Source: Leptogorgia sarmentosa (taxonomy: Eukaryota). Taken from it: DNA of 64,000 nt. Below the pieces are notes generated by a model that worked only from the letters and a program-made list of their open reading frames with translations, was not told the origin of the DNA and did no database searches. The stretch lies in contig OZ210885.1 of the NCBI GenBank assembly GCA_964658305.1, positions 4,030,001-4,094,000 on the forward strand. Direction: 5' to 3'. Positions within the stretch are counted from its first letter, which is position 1. Every line of letters begins with the position of its first letter. A program made the translations under genes and the position numbers. Below, piece by piece: positions 12,980 through 26,706 of this stretch.

Positions 12980-14400
12980 CTTTTTTATAAAGAACTGGGT
13001 GAGACTTATGGTGTGGGTGGCTTTTGTTTGGTACTGTGTACAAGTTTGTGGCTGTTTATATCACGATTCTCCTTTGTGTTTTCATGGAACAAATTATCAT
13101 CCATTTCAGAGTGAACGAAAAATATGTGATGTGCAGGAGACGGTTAGGTGTGAAACGGTTGAGGGCTCTTGGTTTCACAATGAAAACAATTTGGGAAAAC
13201 GAAATTAATTGTCGAAATTAAACTTTTCCTTGACACGTTTAACATTATTACTGACCTAGACCCTGGTGACTGTTTCTTCGGTGGAAGGGTCGGTGGGTAT
13301 AAACTATTTTGAGAGTTGGATATTTCTGAGAAAATTTTCAACCTATTTCAAAATATTTTTCGCTGGTTCTTCTTGTCCGTGCTAAAGGTAAACTTTTCTT
13401 CCTTTGGGCAAGCAATGTGTCATGGATAACTCTTCAAAATGCCAGCATTCTTAGGAGGAACGATCTTTTTGTGGCACGTTTACTACAATCTGAGTTCAAA
13501 AAGCTGTCGAAAAAGGATATTGTGTGCTTCAAATTCACGACGTCTGGCACTTCAAGAATACATCAACCGATTTATTCACTAAAATATGTGAATTACTGGG
13601 TTCATACACCCGACAACTAAGCAAGATATATAGCAAAATACTTTGAGCATGAGGGTATACTATTACGTAAAGATAGAATTGTAAAGAATCCGGGGTTGCA
13701 TGCATTTGGTAAACTTTACCTCAACTCTCTGCGGTCACTTTGTTATGCGTATGGACAGAGTAATAATAGAATTCATTACTGATCCTTTACAGTTTCACAA
13801 AGGTATTAATGGGGCGAATATCGATATGCATGATATTTCTATTATAAGTGATGACTTAGTAGAAATTGTTTTCAAATGAAAACATGAATACGAAGTAGAA
13901 AGTAAAGTCACTAATCTTTCTATTGGAATATTCACAACTGCATGGGCCAGATTGGAGTTGTATAATTTATTAGATTTAATGGGAGAAAATGTTTTGTATG
14001 CAGATACAGATAGTTGTGTTTATGTTTCTGGAGAGCTCAAGCCAACGTTAGAGGATTTTCTTGGCGGCCTTACAGATGAGAAAGCCCATGGGCTTTCATT
14101 ACACAATTTGTGTATGGGGGTGCAAAAAATTTTACATATAAAGTTAGTAATGGTAAAGCACATTGCAAGAAATGAGGTTTCACTTTGAACTACAAGAACA
14201 GTTTAGTTTTAAATCTTAATTCATTAAAACACATTTGTAAATATGTAAATAGCCCAGCTAATATAAAAAATGTAAAAATAGTGCACAAGTGCAAAATAAC
14301 CAGAGAGAAATGAACCTGTGGGATTGTGGGCAGATGCGAGAAGTTAAAGAATAACAAGTGGTAATTTATAATAGGATTGTTTTTTCTCAGCAACTAAACA
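12980..14400 (+). mobile_element. Maverick/Polinton-type protein-primed DNA polymerase B relic
   Basis: LRALGFTMKTIWENE, DCFFGGR, NPGLHAFGKLYLNSL, GIFTTAWARLELY..VLYADTDSCVY; many stops. Confidence 0.8.
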
Positions 14401-17099
14401 TGTTGGGTAGCTTAAACTAGCAAATTAAGTATTCCATAGGTCTATCAATATATAGAATAAAAATTTTGGTAATGTCCTAAAGGAAATTGAATTTTATTGA
14501 AAGACCGCTTTTACTTGTCATATGAGCTGGTTCAAAAAATGTTGTACCCAACACACTGTAGACCCTGTTCCCACAGTTTGAAAACAGAACGAAATTTGTT
14601 CGTTGTTTAATTACGGTTTGACGAATCATGTTTACTGTGATAAATGATCTTGGTAGAGTTCAGATAAGTATAATATCAAACTCGAAAAAGACATTGTGGC
14701 ATTGTGTGTTCACTCAGGTATGGCTGTTGCGGAAACGTTAAGGGCAAACATTAAAATTAACTGCCTAAAAACCCAGTTCAATTGTGCATGTTATATGTGG
14801 TTGCGAAAACCTATCATGTGTGATTTTGTCTTTTTTTTAGTATTGTGTGTACATGGAGGATTCAAGTTTGATTTTGACATTTTCCTACGCAATGTGAAGC
14901 GCTATGTTGGTACTAAAACTAGACACTCCAGTCTAGTGTCTTTATTAGGGGTGATCTAAAGTGACATTGCGGCTTTTTAAATACTCGAAAGGTGCCATCA
15001 TTTGTGATATTATATTACCTGGTTGCTGTGTTTACTGTTTTTATTGTACTATTTATATCTCATTTTGTTTTTAATAGTTTTGGGCTTTATTATGAAAACT
15101 AATACCCCCTTCTGGACAGGTATAGGGATGGTGTGCACCCCCCCCCCACACCCCCACAGCAAATCCATCCCTGTTGAAAACGTAGGAGTGCCAAAACCAA
15201 AACATTTAACTACTACAGCCACCCCTACTCCCCACCCCTAAATTAAACAATATGTTTACAATAAATTAAAATGTCATTCCTTAAACTTCCCTTATGAAGA
15301 TAGAAAAAAGACTTTACATTGTTTATTAAATACCAAAAGATCTCACACAAACACTAATCAATCATGGAATATGGCCCATACATCGGATACGACCAATTTC
15401 ACAGCTAATTGCTATTTAGTATAAAGATTTTCTTAAAAATGGTGAGAGAGTTTGGTATTCTATGATAAAATTGCAATGGGTCATCGATTCCAGTGGTCGA
15501 TTTACTTTCTGCTTTCAAACAATGCCATTTAATATTTTATTGACAGGCTGCGGACACAGCTGACAGAACACTGGGTTAAATTGATTACCATTACCCAGCT
15601 CAAAAACCATCGTGTATAATTGCACTTTTAATGTTGTAATAAAATATTCACTGCGAGTTTCATTGCATGGAATGTACATGCAAAGCAACAGGTCAAAGAG
15701 ATCTAATAAATCCAACTTGTTAACAAAATTGGCTGCATTTTATACTGAATGCAACATATCCCATTCACACAGGTGTTTGTTGAAAATAAAGCATGAAGTT
15801 ATGTTAAAATGGACAATGTATTTTAGTTGAGGAAGTCTGTCATGAAATTAAAGTTGGACACAAAGCACACCAATTCATGTTAAAACTTATGTTCTTACTG
15901 GTATTAAAAATCTCCTTACCTGGGTAAGTTTGTTTGCCCAATGAGAAACGTATCAAAAGCTAAAAATTTAAACTCTAAGTTTTTTAATGGTACAAGTTAA
16001 AATAACCAACATCAAATCATGATGACAGAAAGGCATGCATCATCCAAAGGTTTGATAACAAAGTCAGTGTTCAATTGTTATTGTCCCAATTTATCCTCAA
16101 CGTTTGGGTATTATGTGCGACAAACAGCTTAGAGTCTACGCTCAGCAGAAATTTCTCCTTGGATCATTTCGTCCCCAGTTATGCACATGTAAGGTAAAGC
16201 TTGAATTATTTACAACTAAATTAAATGTTACAAACACAGCTAATGATGGGTTTGCAACCCAATTTAAATAAAATTTGCATATTTGCTTGTACAGTGACTC
16301 GGTCAAGCGAGGTCAATATTGAAAATTGAGCCATTGATTTAGATATCTCACAAGTTTGTATTAAACAATATAAACCTGGAGTATTATAGAGAATTTTAGC
16401 TGGCTTGTGCCCCTTCCGCATGGTTAATTTAACTTTCAAACATGAATCTAAATGTATATCTTCATAAGTTTGTGCTCTTTAATATTATATAAATATGTGT
16501 TAGACTGTTAGTAACACTATACCAACGCAATGTTTCTACAGTACTTCTTGCTGTTTGTATTTTTAAATTAACCTAAATACATATGGTTGTACTTGTAGCC
16601 ATAGGTGTATTCCATATTTTTTAATGGTTTAAATTACATGTATAATTCGGTCACTCAAAGATTCAATGCATTTAATATAGTTATGATGTTGTAATACTTC
16701 TTTATTTTCTTAGATCTGAGTAATTGCTTGGCAGAGAGTCTTAAAGGTTCTTACATCTTGGGAACAGTTTAACTTTCACTATTAGCCCAACCAACATCCA
16801 TGCTTTTTATGTCTTGTAAGTGAAAATGGTCAGTACTTTGAAAATATTAATGATCAAAAGCCTCTAATGAGACATTTTTCTCTGCTGCAGCCCTTAAGGC
16901 TAGCATTAAGCCTACTGTGAACCCTCCACCTGCTGTAGTTGCAGATTTAAAAGATATGACAAAAGGCAAACTAATGGCAAAAGTTTTGGCTTGGATTATA
17001 TCCATGAGTGGGTTGATCGTGTTCAAGGCTTGGATACGTACGAGGATGTTCCTGCCCTTGCTGCTGAAGCACCTTCTTGTTCAGGAAATGTCTCAAAAT

Positions 17100-17760
17100 T
17101 TGATTTCATCACAACATTAGTTATTACCAGACATTTTTTTAGATTCCACTCATTCAGTAACCCAGCTGATGCAAGGTAAATCTATTGAAATAAGGATGAA
17201 ATCGATCTTATTACTAGTCTAAAGAACACTGGGTGAATATGAGAAACTCAATCAGATGCGTGATGGCAATGCTTTGTATGATGTAGCATTACAGCTGGCG
17301 AATGAAGTTGGTGTTGAGGAGTCAAAACTTTATCCAATCCCAATGAACAAACCCTCCAAAACTGTTTCATATTATTACAAAATTTATGTAACAATTCCAC
17401 TATTGGCCATCTCCAATCTTCTCTACATACAAGACTCAATCTTGAGAGTGTCAATGTGTACAAAGGTTTGAGCATTGTTCCAGGAAAGATGGTGTCTTTG
17501 ACTGACAACAATTGATTGGAGGGAGCAGTTTAAGACTGCTTGAAACGTTTATCATGGTGATTTGCTAAATCCTTTAGCATTAGATTCTGAACTGCACCAC
17601 TGACAAACATATTGGGAGACTTTTTTGGGGCCTCGCCTTGACAACATAGTCAGGTATTTCTTTTAAAGGTTTCGAAAATATCAAAGTACTTCTCCATATT
17701 TTAGGAACATTTCACTACGGTTGAGGAACATTTGAATGGCCTTGCTTTTCTTTCACAAAT
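17100..17760 (+). mobile_element. hAT transposase remnant (PRKRIR/THAP12-like)
   Basis: LYDVALQLANEVGVEES, YYY.I.VTIPLL, GLSIVPGKM, terminal LNGLAFL of the hAT dimerisation region. Confidence 0.5.
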
Positions 17761-18361
17761 GGCATTTTCCTTCCATTTCCACAATATAATATATATTCTA
17801 TGTCATTCTATCCACCACTAAAATAGAGGTGGTTAGGACTTTCTGGCATTATATCTACAATAAAATTTTTACCATTATTTCTACAGTATCCTTTAATTTC
17901 TGCAGACACACCGTTTACAAGTGGCACTAATTATAACATAGCCCAGGAAATATGTATGCAGCAGATACATTATTTATAATGTATATATATATATGCCAGA
18001 CATCTGGCATCTCACACATGATGACAAGAAATTTTTCCTCAAAATATAAAATGTGTTTAAACTTTGCAGCTATCAGAAGACATTGAAATACAAAATTCAT
18101 TAAACATGTATAGTAAATTTATCGGACATTAATATATTACAGTTTATTACTTACTATAAATTTCATGAGCGATGCATTTTGTGGTTAGATAAAGGTGTAT
18201 GTTTTGTCCCAAATATAGTTATATTTATATATTATATAGTTATATTCTGACAATATAAAATTTGTTTACGTATCTGCAAACTTAAAGATAACATACTCCA
18301 AAATAAAAATGTTGGGATCCAAGCAAAACACAACCACATACCATGTCCTAGCAATTCTAAA

Positions 18362-18925
18362 GTATAATAAACAATTATTGAATGAGGCCGAGTAGGATAT
18401 GAGGAATTATTCAGGCCGAGGTTTGTGTTATCTGCCTCAGCCTTCGGCTTCCGAGGCCTGAATAATTCCCATATCCTACGAGAACCGAATTCAATAATTG
18501 TTTTATTATTTATTTGTATATAGCGCTTGCAAAAACACACAATTGCAAGGTGCTGGAAATAGAACAATAATATAGTGTTCGCAAGACTGAATAAGCCAAT
18601 CAGACTACAAGAGAAAATGTTGTGATAGCTGTTGTACATTTCAAGGTCGCAGTCAGAGCAATTCAACATAGCTAAACAAAAATTAAATCAAACAAATTTG
18701 TTTCAACTCAATATAAACGTTTGGAAGAACCTTTCCTTTGAGGAAGCCATTTGTATTTTCCACAATTTTCCCGCTTTTGGCATATGCAGAATAAATTAGT
18801 CGACGTCATAATGTCGTATAATTTTCAATATACGACATAATTACGTCATAATGTCGAATATGAGGATTTATTGCACTGCTCTTAACCAATCAAAACTCTT
18901 GAATTATTTGAAATAAATAATAAAG
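18362..18925. mobile_element. Non-autonomous repeat with a ~150 bp terminal hairpin and a distal AACCAATCA..ATAATAA end
   Basis: ATAAACAATTATTGAAT...ATTCAATAATTGTTTTAT palindrome 18365-18508; same architecture at 40312-41000. Confidence 0.65.
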
Positions 18926-19029
18926 TTTGTTTATAGATCTGCAACTTTTTCAGGAAATTTACTTCATCCTTCTTAGGTGCTATTAAACTGATCACTTCAA
19001 TAACAATCTCAAATCTGTTCTGCTAGGAA

Positions 19030-19590
19030 GCAAAATACATTCACATGATTCATTGTAACTTCAGAAGTATATATCCTATAAACATCTATTCGTCTATATT
19101 ATACTCGACATATCTTAGCGCGATTTTAACGATATATAACTTGATTCTGCATCTACAAATTTAAATAAAATGTACTCCAGCATTTTTGGTGTACTAAAAA
19201 TATTTTAGCTGACAAATATCAAATCTGCTGAGACGTGCACAACCACATACATAACTTCGAAAGTATTCATCCTATGAATACCATTCAACTAAATTTATAC
19301 TCGTCATATCCTAGCGATTCTAACGATACAAAATTTGTTCATATATCTTGAAGCATTTCATGAAATTTACTCCAGCGTTCCTAGTGTACTTAACTTTACT
19401 GATCATCTATCATTTCAATAACAAATATTATTGAGACAGAAGCAAAAATCATCACATAATTGCGTGTAAGTTCCAAACGTATACATTCTATGAATATCAT
19501 TGAACTATATTTATACTCGCCATGTCCTAGCGATTCTAACGATACCTAATTTTTGTTAATATATCTGCAAATTTTGGGCAAATTTAATCA
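19030..19590 (+). repeat. Diverged tandem repeat, ~200-215 bp unit, 3 copies
   Basis: TATACTCG.CAT.TC.TAGCG..TAACGATA at ~19100, 19296, 19512. Confidence 0.7.
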
Positions 19591-19636
19591 TCTGTTGCCC
19601 ACATCGTACGTGGCAAGAAATGAACGCTTTGTAAGT

Positions 19637-19923
19637 CAGTGCTTCCATTTCCGAACTTGGTAATTTCCTTATTTTTTCCTTTTTTTCGACCGGAATTTCC
19701 TTCAAAAATATCAAAAATTCCTACAAATTTCCTTCTCAAAATCAGTGTTAAAGAAATTCTCATCGAAGAAAATGTGTAATTTACTATAAATTGTAAGATA
19801 TTTTTGTATTTTCCTTTAACTTTCCTTTATTTTTCTAGAATTTCTTTCAAAATTTATTCCTTTTTATTTCCTTCATTTTGCCAAAAAATTCAAAAGGAGA
19901 TTTCCTTCAAAATGGAAGCACTG
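19637..19923. mobile_element. hAT-like MITE
   Basis: TIR CAGTGCTTCCATTT / AAATGGAAGCACTG; TTTGTAA present on both flanks; internal ATTTCCTT repeats. Confidence 0.7.
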
Positions 19924-21039
19924 TTTGTAATATTGATCAGGCCCAGACCTCCGTTGGCGCGGACATGCAGGACAATTGCCAATATGGCCGCCACTTTAGC
20001 ATTAGCAGCACAGAAGTAACGCATGTTTTCTACCTCAATTAATCAATTTTATGCATAATATTTCTTCTATACATGGTCAATTTTATAATATATAATTACC
20101 TATATCTTGGTTCTATATATATATACAATCGCGTATATCCTGCATGCATATTATTTTTGTATAATCTTTTGTAATTGTATAGTTTTCTCAGGGACCATCT
20201 GAAAAACACAACTTGTGATGTTGGTTTTCCTGAATAAATACTATTATCAATCAATCAATTATTTGTCGCGCGATACCATCTTGCTCGACGCTCGCGTGAT
20301 CATATCAAACTTAACTAACAGTGATTGTGTTTTGTGGTTTCAATGTGTTGAATTCAATTGCCACAATACATATATTTCTTTGCGAAATTCAGCCAAAGTT
20401 TAACCGAAATTTGATATTAGAGTGAAATGAAATCAAGATTAGAAGACAAAACGCAAACTATTTTAAATATTTACTCTTACAGGTCACCATAGTGATCCAC
20501 TGTTTTTTGCCTTCTGAGCAATTTTTATACTTCAAAATGCTGCCCATATAAGCGATAAGTTAAATAACACACCATTCATTGCACAGTGCATTCTAATTGC
20601 ATGTATAGGTATAGCTATAATAGTGGTAAAAGTAACACTGTAATTATAATAATATAATAGTAATATGCGTTTATTCAGTCAGATATTTACAGACAAATGC
20701 TATTGTGTTGTGAACAAATGCTGACATGGTCTGTAATTCAGGGTCGAAACGCCCTTCAGAATATGGTCACTCTGCCCATATAAACAAATTTAGCGATCTC
20801 ATTAATATAATCAAATGGGATTATGGGCGTGCAAAACTTGCATTGTGTATAATATTGTACATCATACGAGCTATATCAACAAACCAATTCAGGCAGAATT
20901 GTGTGTTCATCACTTTCGCCGTCTAAACATTTTTTAGTGTTTAATATCAATCCGCATATATTTTGGAAAGTGGTGTCACATTTTCTGCATTTTTTCGTCA
21001 AAAAATGCAAAATTAGCCGCCTCTGGATAAAATTATGAT

Positions 21040-22680
21040 TATTATTAAATAATCTTTATACAGGATAAAAACATCAGTATTTACAAATATATACAAAATA
21101 TAAAATGCAAAACTGCTATCCTTGTTTGTCCTGTGTATAGACTATGACAGTAAACTACTTTAACTTATTATAATATAAATAACTATATAAAAATGTAAAA
21201 ACTACATGTATACCTAGAAATTTGAACCTCTCTGCAAGCTAAAAATTAAGATTCAAAATGGTCAAAAATAAGTGACCTAAACTCTGTAAGATCTTTTGTC
21301 AACCTAACTTTCATTGGTAGACTGTTAAAAATTTTTGCTCCAGCAAAATAGAAGCTTTGCTTTGCGACTTCAGGTCTTACTCGTGGTATTTCAATCAAAG
21401 CATTGTTGTTCCTTGTTGACTTCTCATGACTTAACATCTTGAAATAGTTATCGAAAATTAAGCTGTTCGTTTGTTTTTCGAGACGTTTCTTAACAAGTAG
21501 ACAATTCTGATGTTGAATTTCGTTGGCAATAGAATTGAGATGACTATTTCCAGTAATGGCCTTGGCTCTGTGATGGAGGAATGCTAATCGATCTGTCTGA
21601 GTTTTGGTATGAGTAAGCTTGACTGGACCAGCATAGGTTAAAATTGGGAGTATCATCATGGTATAGATCTTTGTCGCTGCATGACTATTCAGATAGTTTC
21701 TAACATTCTGTAGTAGTCTCATACGACTGCTTGCTCGTTTATAGGCTCGTTCAAAATTACTGTTCAGAGTGAGTGTACTGTCCAGGACATTTCCAAGGTA
21801 CACATATTCTTTAACAAAAGAAATAAGTGTGCCGTTGTAATAGATTTTAAGTTCTCTTCCATTTTGACTCAATCTCTTAGCCGTCCCGAAAAGCATGCAT
21901 TCGGTTTTTCCCTTCTTCAAGTTTAGCAAAAGTTCATTTTCGCTACAATACGATCCTATGATCTTCATTTCAGAATTCAGCACATTCTCGAGGACGTCAA
22001 CATCGTTATTTGCACAATAAATAACCGTATCATCAGCGTACTTTATTACTTTAGAGTTCAAGGAGTCTACAAGATCGTTAAAGAAAGTAATAAAGAGTAA
22101 AGGCCCCAAAATGGAGCCCTGTGGCACACCACAGTAAATTGGTTCTGGTTCTGAGTTTATGTTCCCAAGTGCTACCACTTGCGTCCTGTTAAATAGATAA
22201 CTTGTAAACCACTGCAATTCCTTACCACCCACACTGTAAGCAGAAAGTTTATTGAGTAGAAGGGCGTGTCCGATAGTGTCAAAAGCTTTTGACAAATCTA
22301 AGTAAACTACTCCAACAAGGTTACCTTTGTTCATTTCGCTTCGTATATCATCACATAGAAGAGCTGCTGCCAGTTTTGTAGAACGGTGTTTTCAAAATCC
22401 AAATTGCGATTCAGATAACAGACTATTGCTTTTGAGGAAGTCCATAAATTGGCGGTGAACAGCTTTTTCTAGGATTTTCGAAAGAACCGGGAGCACGGAT
22501 ATTGGTCGATAATTCTCAGGACGTTCATGGTTTCCAGACTTATAAATCGGTGTCACTTTTGCAGCCTTCCAGATATTCGGCACAGTGCCACTTTCGATGG
22601 AAAGATTGAGTATGTGGCATAACGGTCCAGATATATGAGCAGCACAGTCCTTTAAAAGTCCTGGGGGTAGCTCGTGCTGG
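21040..22680 (-). mobile_element. CR1/L2-group LINE, 5' truncated (RT, C-terminus, 3' UTR)
   Basis: ENYRPISVLP, QFGF*, DLSKAFDT, GVPQGSILGP, YADD, YLG; ORF 21246-22334. Confidence 0.93.
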
Positions 22681-22710
22681 CTTATCGGAGTAGGAGATCA
22701 ACAGGGATGA

Positions 22711-23025
22711 TAATTATTACATTAAACGAGACTTACCTGTAAGTTGAAGTTTGATGGGGATTCTACTGACTTGTCATACCGGAACAAGGGGTCACATGAG
22801 AGATCACCTGATGTACCCAACCTTCAGTCTTTAACAGTCACACAAACACTGCACCACAAGGGTGGGTTTCACAGTTTGAGACTATAGGGTAGGGTGTGAC
22901 CCCTTGTTCCGGTATGACAAGTCGGTAGAATCCCCATCAAACTTCAACTTACAGGTAATTCTCGTTTAATGTAATAATTCTACCTCCTTGTCATACCTGT
23001 CACAAGGAGTCACATGAGACTTTAA
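22711..23025. repeat. DIRS 3' terminal inverted repeat / internal complementary region
   Basis: 22711-22796 is the reverse complement of 22895-22979; TTGTCATACC..ACAAGG.GTCACATGAGA repeated at ~22771 and ~22988. Confidence 0.85.
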
Positions 23026-23120
23026 AGCTCAGTGTTTGGGTGTAAAGGAATAGCAGTCTACAACGCTAACAACCTCAAATCCCTTTAATATCAACCAATA
23101 GTCACATGCAGATAGATAGA

Positions 23121-23990
23121 CTAGTTTAAGTGGTCTAGAATAGCTTGTCCAAATTGTCCTGGCTGTACAACAGGTTTGTTATAAAACCGTGCAAATGTTG
23201 CCTCTCTTGTCCAGCCAGCTGCTGCCATAATGGTGTCAATTGGCACACAGGCCGACTTTGCAGCAGACACAGCTGCTGCTCGTCCACTGTATGGCTTGAA
23301 CCTGCTAACATCAATTCCAGTGTCCTTCAAAGTACCTTTAATCCATCTACTTAAGGTGTCAACAGTAACTGATTTAAATGGTTTTTGAAAACTTATTAGC
23401 AACTGTGTGTCTTGTCCACGCTTGTCTTTGTTTTTTTCCAAATATTGGCTTAAGACTGTCTTTATACATATATTGGCATCCTGTGGATATGCTGGTATCT
23501 CCAGTGGAGCTTGGTGAACACCTGGTCTGGTCTGTTTAACAGATTCTTTGATCTTAAAAATACAACATGTATCTGTGACGGTGATGTGATTTATATCCAA
23601 CAAGGTTAATGTTTGGATTCTTTGCCCTGACAGCAGAATAAGCATCATTGTTAGTTTCTGGGTTAGTTGCTTTAGAGATATGTCAATGTTTGATATTGTC
23701 TGTAGATATTGCAACACCACACCAACATCCCAGGTTTCAACATATCGAGGTAGGGCTGGTTTCAGCTGGAAAATCTCTTTTAGCAACCGGCACACCATTA
23801 GGTGTTTACCAAATCAAATCTGACCAGGGAGCGTGACAATAGTTGATAATGCTGACCTGGCAGTGTTTATAGCACTGTATTGCTTACCTTCATCAAACAG
23901 CACAGTCAGAAAATCCAGTGCCTGGCCTAGAGGTAGTGTAATTGGATCAATTTTCCGTGTACGACATTAGTCTCTCCATCATCTGAGATA
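23121..23990 (-). pseudogene. DIRS tyrosine recombinase
   Basis: SAINTARSALS, LLSGQRIQTL, KQTRPG, FKPYSGRAAA, AAGW..TFARFY. Confidence 0.9.
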
Positions 23991-24623
23991 CACCCTATAT
24001 TGTTTCTGTGTCCCCTCGCGCCACGCATTGATGAGGATGTCGGTTGACCGTGTAGAAAAGCCTCGGTTTTGGTAGGATTGCCGGATAAGTGGCAAGCCAT
24101 CAGGTTCATCTTCCCCTGTAGTGGATGTTGTTGTTTGGGATTGAATGGGAGGAATATAACTCCCTCCCTTTTTGGCAGTAATCGGGGGTTGGCAACCAGC
24201 ATTCTCATTGCTTGAGGGAACCAAGCTTGTGTGGTCCAACATGGAACTACCAAGAATCCCTTCTGCCAACTCCTCCTCCATTTTGTGTAGTATGTGTCCG
24301 ATCAAACTAAATGGAGGAAAGGCATGAAACTTCATGTCAGCCCAGTTTTGAGTAAAGGCATCAACAGCATAGGCTTGGGGATCAGGCTTCCATGATATAT
24401 ATTTTTCTACTTTGTGGTTAAGTCTTGATGCAAACAAGTCAACCTCTGGTAGAAAGAATGTTTGGGAAATCTGGCCAAACACTTCATGGTGAAGCGCCCA
24501 TTCTGTTGTATCATTGAATTCTCGAGACACCTTATCAGCCACTGCATTGGCTACCCCAGCGACATGCGCAGCAGTTACCCAAATGTTTCTCTCAATGCAC
24601 CATAACCAAACTTGCCTTGCCAA
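23979..24623 (-). pseudogene. DIRS RNase H C-terminus and Dam-like methyltransferase domain
   Basis: AHVAGVANAVADKVSR; DLFASRLN, DAF, AFPPFSLI. Confidence 0.85.
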
Positions 24624-25920
24624 GTCATTACAAGCTTTGGAGTGACTCCCCCCATGTTGTTAAGGTAGGTGACTGCTGTAACATTGTCAATTTTTAAGCA
24701 GACATGCGCATTATGGAAGTTGGCATAAAATGTTTTCAAAGCAAAAAACGCAGCCAACATTTCCAGTTGATTGATATGAAGCTGTGCCTCAATTGTGTTC
24801 CATCTGCCACCTGTTGTTTGGGTATTATAGTGAGCACCCCAGCCTGCCAAAGAGGCATCAGGGTTCCCTTGGGAGATAGGTTTTTGGCTTCCCTGTATTG
24901 AACTTGCCCACCAATACAAATCTTGTTTAGCTTGGCATGAAAGGGTCATACTTGCATCAAAATTACCCTGATTGTGCTTAAGAGCATCACATTTGTCAAG
25001 CTCAAGGGCTCGATAGTACAAAGGAGCATAAGGCACTGCTAAAAAAACTAGCAACAATCAACCCCACGACATGGGCCACCTCATGAATCGATGGCCGTTG
25101 TTCATTATATAAATGCTCACAAGCTGCCCTTAGTTTTCCAGACCATTCTGGTGTCAAGCTCACGGTCATATTCACAGAATTCAGAACATAGCCAAGCAAC
25201 ACTAACTGTTGTGTTGGTTCTCTGACCGACTTCTCATCATGAAGAATAAACCCTAACTTCTGAAACAAGGCAGATGAATCACTGACATTGCGGGCACAAT
25301 CCTGGTAGCTGTCGCCTTGCAGATAGGAGTCATCAATGTAACCAAATATCAGATGGCCGTGCCTCCTCAATGTGGAGTAAACTGGCTTAAGTAGTTTTGT
25401 AAAAATTCGTGGTGCACATGCTAGCCCATTTGGCAGACACGTAAACTGGTAAAGCTGGCCATGCCAGCCAAATTTTAAGTACTTCTGATGTGGTTGTGAT
25501 ATTGGGATTGAATAGTAAGCATCACGCAGATCTATTGATGCCATAAAACAATTTTTCTTCATCATGTGCAGTGCTGTGTGCACAGAATCCATTTTAAAAT
25601 GATGATAAGTGACAAATTTGTTCAGCTCTTTAAGATTCAAAATTAGTCTAAGTACCATTCTTTTTTGGTCTGACAAAAATAGTTGAAAGAAATTCTCCTT
25701 GTTCATGACAAGATGGGGTGATCATCCCTTTGGCTAATAACTGTTGTATTTCTGCCTCTATGGCCTTGTTCTCAATGTCACTCAAACTAAACTGTTTAGG
25801 TACCACTTTTTGTACCGGGGTAACATCAAACTCAATGTGAACCCCTTGTATAGTATGTAGCAGCCAATTGTCATTAGTAAGCTGACTCCAACACTCAGCG
25901 TAGTTTGCTACCCGACCCGC
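24575..25920 (-). pseudogene. DIRS reverse transcriptase and RNase H
   Basis: RLILNLK, SIDLRDAYY, LPNGLACAPRIFTK, GYIDD; DASLAGWGA, HINQLE, IDNVTAV. Confidence 0.92.
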
Positions 25921-25972
25921 AATATCACAACCCGAGCCAGAATTTGTTACTGCAGAAGGACGAGCCGAAGGG

Positions 25973-26706
25973 CTATGATTCACCTGAATTGTGTGAGCAT
26001 TGGTGGTTGTTATTGCGTTGGCTGAAACCGTTTTCCCCCTCTTCGCTTTCTTTGGAAGCTCTGGGGGTGAAACTTCCTGCTCTCGTTTTTTGACTTCTGA
26101 TATGGAAAATCTGAGATGGTTGCCCTTTGTATGACTGGCTGCCATAATGGCGTTGGCTTTTCCCTGCCAATTTCTGGCCAACTCGGTTTGTAGTTGATAT
26201 ATCCTGAAGGGTTTTCGGCAAATCGTCCCCAAACAATTCTGTGGTGCATGGGACATGTTCGGCACACAACTGGCGGTACTGCTCGTTCAAGTCTGGTCGA
26301 ATGAGCTCACACCTCCGCTGGTTTAGTTCGTGATTTGCTTGTGCAGCAAAAGCAATGGCGTCAATGGCCTGAACAATAGCGGCGTTGCTTTGAACGGTCA
26401 TGACCTCGGGTTTCGCTTCCTTCAGCTTTAGGAGGCTTGCTGTCACCTGTGTCTGGGCCACTATGGCTTTAAGTAATAAGCACTGTACTCTTGGTATTTT
26501 AATACCCCAGAGCGTGTATCACTCTGCAATCGCGCCCAAATTGCCACGTTCACTCTCGTGGGAATCATTTTTTCACAGTTCTTTGGGCGAAGATAGTTAT
26601 TTTGCTTTTCTTTTAACTTCTCTTCTCTCATTTTGGTCTGTATGAGTTTTTCAATCAAGGAGGCAAGCTGTTCGGGGAGGTCAAAGTCGTTAGCAATGCC
26701 CGCCAA
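25973..26706 (-). pseudogene. DIRS gag-like ORF
   Basis: RPKNCE..PTRVN..IW, ELNQRR.ELIRPDLN..Y..LC, ELFGDDL; position upstream of RT. Confidence 0.75.

Noticed and set aside
14500..16700. Short ORFs in AT-rich DNA
   Set aside because: No recognisable motifs; consistent with chance ORFs
18232..18669. 145-aa ORF
   Set aside because: Spans a palindromic non-coding repeat and has no domain signal
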